Source: an uncultured Clostridia bacterium (GTDB lineage: Bacteria > Bacillota > Clostridia > Lachnospirales > Lachnospiraceae). From it: 64,000 bases of DNA. Shown here one piece after another: positions 29,435 to 36,600 of the stretch. The stretch is from contig CAMEEX010000002.1 of NCBI GenBank assembly GCA_945915235.1, forward strand, positions 6 through 64,005, in the 5' to 3' direction. The position numbers were made by a program, and so were the translations under genes. The notes under the pieces were generated by a model that searched no databases, was not told where the DNA came from, and saw nothing but the letters and a program-made list of their open reading frames with translations. Numbering within the stretch: the first letter of the stretch is position 1; each line of letters starts with the position of its first letter.

Positions 29435-30372
29435 TTTCTTACCATATCCTCCATATATTCCATATCTGAAATTTCATACCTTTGGTCAATTGGAAGCGGT
29501 AATATATTTTTAGCAAACTCGTACTCCAATGTTCCTTCTTTACATTCCTCCAGCACATTTGGCCATAATGTCGGAACATAAATCTTGTTCAGCTGTAATT
29601 TTTTTCTCACTTCACAGCCATTCTTTATTAACAACGGATACATAAAAGCACCATATGGAACAATCAGGTCTAATTCATTTATATCTGAAAACGCTTTATA
29701 CAACTTCTCAAAATTATGTTGTCTTTTACTTCCTACACAATTATAATTAATGCCTCTCAATAGGTTTTCTGTTAATTTCGACATCGTTTTTATTGGCTGT
29801 ATCTCTATTAATGCATTGTTTTCAACATATTTGTCATAAAATTCACTTGCAGTACACTCGAAACGTCCAAGTAAAAAAGTCATTCTTGAATAAGATTCAT
29901 CTTGTTCAAGCTGTCTATCTATTTTTTTATTAGTATATAAAAAAGCACCATCCGCAACACCAAAATATTTACGACAGCTATATAATGTATCAACATTAGC
30001 AATTGGCATCTGAAAATAACTCTGCGTGTTATCCACAATAACATTTGTATATTTCTTTTTTAATTCATATAATATTGTGTTATCAAGTTGACCGTAAAAA
30101 TTAACTATATATATCCATTCATTCTCATTTATTTTTTCGCATATTGGCATAAAATGTTCATCAATATGATATTTTTCCACTTTTACATTATATTGAATAA
30201 ATACACTATCACATGAACTGCACATAAAAAACGGCATTAAAATATGCTTAATTTTTTTTGTTTCTATAATATAGGCCAATGCGTTTTTAGCACAATTCAA
30301 AGTCACTGCACCTTCATGAAGCATCGGTAAATTATAGTGTTCCAACTCTATATAACCACCAATTTCTTTCAT
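29422..30372 (-). CDS. Divergent DegT/DnrJ/EryC1/StrS-like fold-type-I PLP enzyme (tentative)
   Basis: The IGGYIELE N-terminus and YSCRKYFGVADGAFLY can be aligned to SFHATKVFNTIEGGAV of the neighbouring DegT enzyme, with the lysine retained. The assignment is weak. Confidence 0.45.
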   Translation of the reverse strand: MKEIGGYIELEHYNLPMLHEGAVTLNCAKNALAYIIETKKIKHILMPFFMCSSCDSVFIQYNVKVEKYHIDEHFMPICEKINENEWIYIVNFYGQLDNTILYELKKKYTNVIVDNTQSYFQMPIANVDTLYSCRKYFGVADGAFLYTNKKIDRQLEQDESYSRMTFLLGRFECTASEFYDKYVENNALIEIQPIKTMSKLTENLLRGINYNCVGSKRQHNFEKLYKAFSDINELDLIVPYGAFMYPLLIKNGCEVRKKLQLNKIYVPTLWPNVLEECKEGTLEYEFAKNILPLPIDQRYEISDMEYMEDMVRKCID

Positions 30373-31478
30373 TTCTTTTCCCCCATCACCCCAACTATTC
30401 TCTCCATCTTCTCCACCTCAAGTCCCTCATAAAACGGTATTGTCAGGACTCTGTCCGAGAGATTTCTGGCATTGTCAAGCTTGTCAAATCTGTATTTATT
30501 TCTGAAGCATGCCTGGTCTGCCGTAATCGGGTGGAAATACTTTCTTGCGTATATATTGTGCTCCCTTAACATATCATACAGTTCGTTTCTGCTCATTCCA
30601 TACTCATCATTTACCAAGATAGGGAAGTATGCGTAATTGCGGGTTGCTCCCTGACGCTGCTCAAGGAAGCCGATGCCCGGAATCTTGGAGAGCTGTTCCC
30701 TGTAGTACTCATAGCGTTCCTTTCTGTTTGCAAGCGCCTCATCAATATGCTTCAGATTGCACAATCCCATGATTGCACAGAACTCATTCATCTTAGCGTT
30801 AGCGCCGACGTCCGTCACCAGCTCCTCACCGTGAATTCCAAAGTTCTTGAGATTATAGAGCTTGTCATATATCTTGTGGTCAGAGAATGAAACCGCACCG
30901 CCCTCTATTGTATTGAACACCTTGGTTGCATGAAAGCTGAACACGGACGCATCTCCGTAGCAGCCTATTCCCTTCCCTTTGTATTCGACACCGAATGCAT
31001 GGGCTGCATCATATATCACCTTGAGATTGTACTTGTCGGCTATTCTCTGGATTTTCTCCACGTTGCATACATTTCCATAAACATGCACAGGTAGGATAGC
31101 CACTGTCTTTTCTGTGACAAGCTCCTCTATCTTACTCTCGTCAATCGTTCCGTCCTCCCAGTTCACATCGCAGAACACCGGTTTGAGGTGATTTCTGACA
31201 ATAGCGTGAGTCGTCGATATAAATGTGAACGGGGTCGTTATAACCTCACTTCCCTCAGGAAAGCCGAATGCCTGAATTGCAAGCTCAAGCGCCATATGAC
31301 CATTCACCATAAGCGACAGTCCCGGCACTCCAAGATAGTCTGTCAGCTTTGCCTCTAACTGCTTATGGTATGTTCCCATATTCGTGAGCCAGTGTGTGTC
31401 CCAAAGCGGCTTAATAGCCTCTATATATTCCTCGTATGATGGCATAGAGGATTGTGTAACTAGTATTCTGTCATCCAT
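30369..31478 (-). CDS. DegT/DnrJ/EryC1/StrS-family sugar aminotransferase
   Basis: VFSFHATKVFNTIEGGAV (PLP lysine) and TTPFTFISTTHA. The start is at ATG 31478 after AAAGGAAC. It overlaps the next gene by 4 nt (ATGA). Confidence 0.9.
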   Translation of the reverse strand: MDDRILVTQSSMPSYEEYIEAIKPLWDTHWLTNMGTYHKQLEAKLTDYLGVPGLSLMVNGHMALELAIQAFGFPEGSEVITTPFTFISTTHAIVRNHLKPVFCDVNWEDGTIDESKIEELVTEKTVAILPVHVYGNVCNVEKIQRIADKYNLKVIYDAAHAFGVEYKGKGIGCYGDASVFSFHATKVFNTIEGGAVSFSDHKIYDKLYNLKNFGIHGEELVTDVGANAKMNEFCAIMGLCNLKHIDEALANRKERYEYYREQLSKIPGIGFLEQRQGATRNYAYFPILVNDEYGMSRNELYDMLREHNIYARKYFHPITADQACFRNKYRFDKLDNARNLSDRVLTIPFYEGLEVEKMERIVGVMGEKK

Positions 31479-31523
31479 TATGTGTTCCTTTCCGGACCCC
31501 AACCTGAATGCATGATTTTCGCG

Positions 31524-31550
31524 ATTATATCATACAATAGGGAATTTCAA
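31524..31550 (-). promoter_or_regulatory. Candidate sigma-A promoter with extended -10 for the 24-gene glycan operon
   Basis: Minus strand reads TTGAAA (31550-31545), 15 nt, TGATATAAT (31532-31524). The spacer is short and the extended -10 is intact. It lies between the terminator and the first gene. Confidence 0.4.
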
Positions 31551-31567
31551 CGAAATCTCTTATCATA

Positions 31568-31596
31568 TTAAAAAGGCTGCCATTCCCATGGCAGCC
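31568..31596 (-). terminator. Rho-independent terminator downstream of the LicD-paralog pair
   Basis: Minus strand reads GGCTGCC-ATGGGAAT-GGCAGCC followed by TTTTT. The stem lies at 31575-31596. Confidence 0.75.
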
Positions 31597-31703
31597 TCTG
31601 TAAACTATCAATTCCCTATAATGCCTCCATGCATTTTACAACCCGCTATCCATGCGGATTCGTTGTTTCGTCCTGTTTTGTACACATTTCGATTAATTCT
31701 TAT
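31568..31703 (-). ncRNA. Candidate ~135-nt structured RNA (independent sRNA, attenuator leader or 3' UTR) with three GGA-loop hairpins
   Basis: No ORF is present. Hairpins are AUCCGC-AUGGAUA-GCGGGU (about 31641-31659), AAUGC-AUGGAG-GCAUU (about 31620-31635) and the terminator GGCUGCC-AUGGGAAU-GGCAGCC. It is bounded by a sigma-28-like promoter and a U-tract. Confidence 0.3.
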
Positions 31704-31710
31704 ATTTATT

Positions 31711-31737
31711 TTATCGGCATTTTCGGTATTTTCTTAA
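31711..31737 (-). promoter_or_regulatory. sigma-28 (SigD/FliA)-like promoter inside the LicD-to-DegT intergenic region
   Basis: Minus strand reads TTAA (31737-31734), 15 nt, GCCGATAA (31718-31711). The -10 is an exact match to the SigD -10 consensus as I know it. The -35 is weaker (consensus TAAA). Confidence 0.4.
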
Positions 31738-31779
31738 CCTTATTATAATTTTTGTACAATTTAAAGGGGGCCTTTTTAA

Positions 31780-34113
31780 TTACCCCACCTCCACATTCTC
31801 CAGCATAACCGGTTTGCCCGCGCGCACGAACTTCTGAATAATGCTGTCCACGTCACCATAGTACGCATGTCCTATCAGTGCGAGCTCATCGGGCTGTATT
31901 TTTCCGGTTCCGTCATATATTCCCCAGCCCTTTTTCAGATACTCGTCCACCACCGACACATACTCCTGCCACAGCTCGGGATATCTGCTCTCCAATACAG
32001 GTCCCACTATCGGATTGTCGATCCACAGGAAGGTTATTGACTCCGCTTCTCTCTCAAATGTCGCGAGTATGCTTCTCAGCTTTTCTATGTATCTGTCCCT
32101 GTTCTGAAGGATAAAGCTTATGTTATTCTTGTATACGACAACCTTCTTCTCCCTGCCGTCACCGTCGTACATGAGTTTCTTCCACTGCTCCGGCAAGGTT
32201 GAGATTACCTGCTTTCGCAGCGCCTGTTCTGTCTCCTGCCTGTATGCCGGCAATCTGGTCTGAATTTTCTTCTCCCATAGCTCTGCCGTATCGTCCCCGG
32301 CAAATTCAGCGAGCAGCTTCACATAGGTCTGTCTGAAGCTCTCCGACTTCACAATCACCCTGTCCGCCTGCATAACGCCCTTGCTGCACATGTAATTGCG
32401 TGCATTGAGCAGTGATTTCTCGTCATCGTCCCTGATATCATCGATATCAAACGGAGGAACGAATACCAGACAATCCGTATATTTTCTGAGATTATCCGAA
32501 TGAAACGGCGGATATATTCCTATAACAAAATCGTGCTGGTCATAAGGGCACTGTATATAAATCTCATCGGGGTGCCTTGAGGCAATGTCATACTGTCTGT
32601 AGTCGGTAAGCTGTACCGCCTCAGGAAAGCCTTCGCTCTCGTAGCAATCCTCAAGGATTTCTCCTCTTGCTGTTTTTATAAAGTACGGCTCGGGCATTAC
32701 GATCACATCGCAGTCCTCATCGTTGCTGTACTCTCTCCACAGGTCATCGAAACCTCTCCACAGTGATGCTTTATATGGTATGAATACTATCTCCCGTCTT
32801 TTTTGCAGTTTTTCAACACCGGCTTTTAATTTTGTGAGTGCGTCATCGACCATTCCGCACATAACCAGCCTGCTCTCCACGCTGCCCGCCTCACCCGAGC
32901 TTATCAGCTCGTACATGCTGTAGACGGTTTCACAGTATTCCTCGAATGTTTTTATAAGGCTGTCCGTATTGGAAAAATTGTTCTCAACCGCATTTCCCGC
33001 ACCTATGGCGACATTCTGGCAGCTCTCAAGAAGCTGCAACACCGTCTCAATATCGTTTGTCTGCACCAGCCTGATTATATTCGTGTGTATCTTGGCAAGC
33101 ACCTCAACCGCTTCAAGCACCTGTCTTTTCACATTTTCACGGATATTGACATCGCTCCTGACACACGGTTTTAAGTCCTCCTCAGAAAAATAATATTTGT
33201 AAGGGAGGCCATTGGTGTAGAGCTTCTCCGCCTCCGCCTCCGCTTTATCAAAATACGGGTAGTCGTGGACTCCGCCCGAATGTATAAGAACCATGTAATT
33301 TCCATAGTCCTCCCTCAGTATCTCATCATACATGGCGGGCGCATTGATGGTCATGTTCTCAAACGGAAGCTCTATAATATCCTTATAATACTCAAGCTTA
33401 TACTTATGAGTTCCCTTTTCTATCCAGTAAGTCATAAGTGCAACCTCTGTGGCGCCATCTTCGGGAGTATACAGCGCATACATCTTCTCCGCAAATTCAC
33501 ACATCTGATGGACAAGCGGCTTGTCCCTGTCGAAGTGGACATGGCAGAGTCTCTCGACGGTTTCCACCGCCTCAAGCGTGCTGGCAAATTCACATTGGTC
33601 CGTTCCGATGCTGTTTATTATTGAGGTTGCGAGCTTTATCATCTCCTTGCGAAATTCCTCGTCCTGCTCATTCGGCGCAATGTAGTCGAGCACAAATATA
33701 TCCACACCTGCCGGATACGGGAACTGATGAAATTTAGCTATATGTGTTTTTGTAAAATTTACCTTCGAGTCATTATTGACTCTGGTAATCATGTCATCAA
33801 AATCCAATGCCTCATGGACATTCAGAACATAATAGTCCTCCGGGAGCTCACTCTTAGCTATGCTGTTGAACTTATCATAGTCCTCTCTGAGCATGCCGAT
33901 ATCCAGGTCGTCGTCCCACGGCACGAACCCGCCATGGCGCACTGCTCCCAAAAGTGTTCCATAGTCTGCAAACCATCGGATATTATGTTTTTTGCACACT
34001 CTTGCGACCTCATTGAGCACCTCAAGCTCTGCCGCCCATGCCCTCTTAACTATACCTGGCACAAAAAAACCGTCTCTGACCTCATCATCAAAATAATTGT
34101 CCGGGAATTGCAT
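31780..34113 (-). CDS. Large LicD-domain protein (N-terminal LicD fold + ~500-aa uncharacterised C-terminal region), paralog A
   Basis: WFADYGTLLGAVRHGGFVPWDDDLDIGMLREDYDKF is LicD. I recognise no catalytic motif in the C-terminal region (VFIPYKASLW..., IYIQCPYDQHD, LVFVPPFDIDD). Confidence 0.75.
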   Translation of the reverse strand: MQFPDNYFDDEVRDGFFVPGIVKRAWAAELEVLNEVARVCKKHNIRWFADYGTLLGAVRHGGFVPWDDDLDIGMLREDYDKFNSIAKSELPEDYYVLNVHEALDFDDMITRVNNDSKVNFTKTHIAKFHQFPYPAGVDIFVLDYIAPNEQDEEFRKEMIKLATSIINSIGTDQCEFASTLEAVETVERLCHVHFDRDKPLVHQMCEFAEKMYALYTPEDGATEVALMTYWIEKGTHKYKLEYYKDIIELPFENMTINAPAMYDEILREDYGNYMVLIHSGGVHDYPYFDKAEAEAEKLYTNGLPYKYYFSEEDLKPCVRSDVNIRENVKRQVLEAVEVLAKIHTNIIRLVQTNDIETVLQLLESCQNVAIGAGNAVENNFSNTDSLIKTFEEYCETVYSMYELISSGEAGSVESRLVMCGMVDDALTKLKAGVEKLQKRREIVFIPYKASLWRGFDDLWREYSNDEDCDVIVMPEPYFIKTARGEILEDCYESEGFPEAVQLTDYRQYDIASRHPDEIYIQCPYDQHDFVIGIYPPFHSDNLRKYTDCLVFVPPFDIDDIRDDDEKSLLNARNYMCSKGVMQADRVIVKSESFRQTYVKLLAEFAGDDTAELWEKKIQTRLPAYRQETEQALRKQVISTLPEQWKKLMYDGDGREKKVVVYKNNISFILQNRDRYIEKLRSILATFEREAESITFLWIDNPIVGPVLESRYPELWQEYVSVVDEYLKKGWGIYDGTGKIQPDELALIGHAYYGDVDSIIQKFVRAGKPVMLENVEVG

Positions 34114-34134
34114 TTTTCTAACCTCACATGTTCT

Positions 34135-36456
34135 TTATATTTCAACGCTCTCAATCATAACAGGCACGCCGTTTTTCTGGCATATCCTCGACAAATAACA
34201 GCCATCTCCATAGTACGCATCGGCAAGCTCCGCTACAGCATGTCCATCTGACATGTCATGTATTCCGATATCGCTGGCACAGGCTGCCAGTTCTTCTATC
34301 TCTCCGGCAAGCTTCGGATTTGTCCGTCTCACGGACTCCATCGTACATTCAGGGAAATTCCAAACCACTGCAATATCCTGAGAGTTATCCTTAAACACCT
34401 CTAAAGCCCGCCTGACCTTCGCTGCGGCAGCCGCGCCATTCTCAAGGAAAAAGCCGACCTCGTTATGGTATAATATTATTTTTTTCCTGCTGCCGTCGGG
34501 CTTATAGATTATCCTTCTGACCTCGTCAGGCATATCGGCAAGCTTCTGCTCATTATGCACGGCAGCCTGTCCGTCAGCCACAGTCGTCTGGTTCCCCGTT
34601 CCGACAAGCTTCTGCTCCCATATACTTCTGCTGTCCTCACCTGCCCATTCGGTCAGCTTATCACAGTACACTTTTTTCAGCGCCTCCGATTGTACCATAA
34701 CCCGATGTGCTCTCACTACCCCCGGCACAGGGGCATAATGCTTCATATTATGATACTCGCGCTCGTCGCTGTCCGTGAACTCATCAACGGCAAACGGCGT
34801 AACATATATCATGGTCTCGCAGCTCTCCAGAAGCTTTCCCGTATAATATGCCGGGTGTATGCTTATCCCCTCATTCCACTCGTCATACGGATTTTGTATA
34901 TATACAACATCTGGTCTGTGTAGTGCAATATCATATTCATTGTACTTCACCACCCTGACGTTTTCCGGCGTATCTTGAAGCAGCTCTAAAAACGCCTCAT
35001 ATTCGCAGTGCTCATCGTACAATGCGCCATCGTATCTTTTATGGAAATAAGGTACCGGTATGACATATATTTTACAGTCACTCTGTACTGCTTTCAGGTA
35101 TTCAGCCCTTATATACTGCCACTGTGCAGTCCTTGACACGACAAAAACCGTTTCCTTCCTGTCAATTATGTCCTTCCGAACACATTCAGCTATCTCCACG
35201 GCGCATTTTCTAAGCTTCTCCGCCGCATCGCCCTTCTGAACCTGCTCGTACAGAAGCTCACAATAATTTTCCAAAATTCCGACTGTCTCAAGTCCTTCTC
35301 CATACTGCTGCTCTATGAGCGTACCGAAATCAACCGCAAGCTGCTGTGCCTCATACGGATCCTTAATATCATAAAGCTCCTCACATACCGCATGGGCGAT
35401 ATCCTCGAAGCTGTCAGCAGCTTTCGCCTTCCGGCATTCACCCAAGGCATATTCTTTCTCCGTCTCGTTGTACTCATACTTAGGAAGCGTTATGTCCATC
35501 AGTGCATCAAGCTGCGCCTGCTGGCTCTCGTAAAACGGATAGCCGTGACCGCTGCAATCCTTATGTATCTCCAGATAATTCCCATACCGCTTTCTAAGCA
35601 TCGCGTCATACCCTATCGGAACCGGTATTGTGGTATTTTCAAACGGTATTCTCACACAGTCCTCATAGTATTCCTTCTTATACCTGTGATTTTTCCTTCT
35701 GAGTCCGAAAGGATACAACTGCGTAAGCTCATCGCTCTCCTTATCACTGAACTTTGCAAATAGTCTTTCCGCCTGAATGTACATATATTGATGCAGCTCA
35801 GATATGTACTTTTTTACCTCATCATCGGCGCTGTCCCCGGCAAGCCAGTTCTCTATATATCTCCTGTTGTACATTCCATGTATGCAGCCCGTCTGTGTAA
35901 GTTTGTTAAGCCCGTCAAAGGCGTCCTTCACACTAATATTCTTTTCCGCTATATGGTCCGCGAGCGTAATCGTATAGTCAGCGAGAACATCCCTCGTCTT
36001 TTCAGCCTCCGCGTCTCTTGCAACATAGTCCATAAGAAATATGTCAACGCCCGCAATGTACGGAAATTCATGATATTTTCTCAGATGGGCTTCATCATAG
36101 CTCATGTGTCCGGTGTTCATCACCCTTGCAAGGAACAGCCAGAAATCATCTCTTGTATGCAGGTTATTAATCTTGTATCCCTGCGGCAGCTCACTCTCGG
36201 CGACCTTGAGAAACTTCTCATAATCGGCGCGTTTCATGCCGATATCCAGATCATCGTCCCACGGTATAAAACCGTTATGTCTCACCGCCCCGAGCAGTGT
36301 TCCCCACTCTGCAAAATACTGTATATTGTGCCTGCGGCATATCCTGTCAATCTGCTCAAGGACTTCCAGCTCCGCCGCCCATGCACGCTTTATCATGGAA
36401 GGTACAAAAAATCCCTCCCTAATCTCATCTTCAAAATATTCTTCCGGAAACTGCAT
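34135..36456 (-). CDS. Large LicD-domain protein, paralog B (same architecture as 31780-34113)
   Basis: MQFPEEYFEDEIREGFFVPSMIKRAWAAELEVL...YFAEWGTLLGAVRHNGFIPWDDDLDIGMKRADYEKF. It is collinear with paralog A along the whole length (VVYIQNPYDEWNE, MIYVTPFAVDEF). Confidence 0.75.
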   Translation of the reverse strand: MQFPEEYFEDEIREGFFVPSMIKRAWAAELEVLEQIDRICRRHNIQYFAEWGTLLGAVRHNGFIPWDDDLDIGMKRADYEKFLKVAESELPQGYKINNLHTRDDFWLFLARVMNTGHMSYDEAHLRKYHEFPYIAGVDIFLMDYVARDAEAEKTRDVLADYTITLADHIAEKNISVKDAFDGLNKLTQTGCIHGMYNRRYIENWLAGDSADDEVKKYISELHQYMYIQAERLFAKFSDKESDELTQLYPFGLRRKNHRYKKEYYEDCVRIPFENTTIPVPIGYDAMLRKRYGNYLEIHKDCSGHGYPFYESQQAQLDALMDITLPKYEYNETEKEYALGECRKAKAADSFEDIAHAVCEELYDIKDPYEAQQLAVDFGTLIEQQYGEGLETVGILENYCELLYEQVQKGDAAEKLRKCAVEIAECVRKDIIDRKETVFVVSRTAQWQYIRAEYLKAVQSDCKIYVIPVPYFHKRYDGALYDEHCEYEAFLELLQDTPENVRVVKYNEYDIALHRPDVVYIQNPYDEWNEGISIHPAYYTGKLLESCETMIYVTPFAVDEFTDSDEREYHNMKHYAPVPGVVRAHRVMVQSEALKKVYCDKLTEWAGEDSRSIWEQKLVGTGNQTTVADGQAAVHNEQKLADMPDEVRRIIYKPDGSRKKIILYHNEVGFFLENGAAAAAKVRRALEVFKDNSQDIAVVWNFPECTMESVRRTNPKLAGEIEELAACASDIGIHDMSDGHAVAELADAYYGDGCYLSRICQKNGVPVMIESVEI

Positions 36457-36486
36457 CTGCTTTCTCCCTATTGTGATTATTAATGT

Positions 36487-36513
36487 ATATCGGTTAATTC
36501 TCTGTTATTATTA
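36487..36513 (-). promoter_or_regulatory. sigma-28 (SigD)-like promoter upstream of the LicD-paralog pair
   Basis: Minus strand reads TAAT (36513-36510), 15 nt, ACCGATAT (36494-36487). This is the same -10 octamer as the fliC promoter, about 30 nt upstream of ATG 36456. Confidence 0.4.
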
Positions 36514-36540
36514 ATATTACTGCAATCTGCCGTATCGCGT

Positions 36541-36569
36541 TTGACCTTTTTCATTGCAGGCGTTATAAT
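36541..36569 (+). promoter_or_regulatory. sigma-A promoter for the GT4-GT2 gene
   Basis: TTGACC (36541-36546), 17 nt, TATAAT (36564-36569). AGGAGG lies 6 nt before ATG 36601. Confidence 0.55.
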
Positions 36570-36600
36570 TTTTTGTATCAGTCCCTTTTAGGAGGTAAAA

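Noticed and set aside
3533-31478. Pseudaminic or legionaminic acid biosynthesis island
   Set aside because: DegT/GNAT/AsnB-like genes suggested it, but I could not find a NeuB/PseI/LegI-type synthase or a CMP-nonulosonate synthetase. The 2-epimerase also has the non-hydrolysing WecB signature (FGTRPEAIKM).
33727-36483. Plus-strand ORFs of 174 aa (33727-34251), 122-123 aa and 231 aa (35788-36483)
   Set aside because: They are antisense to the two LicD-domain paralogs, which have clear family motifs. They have no independent signals.
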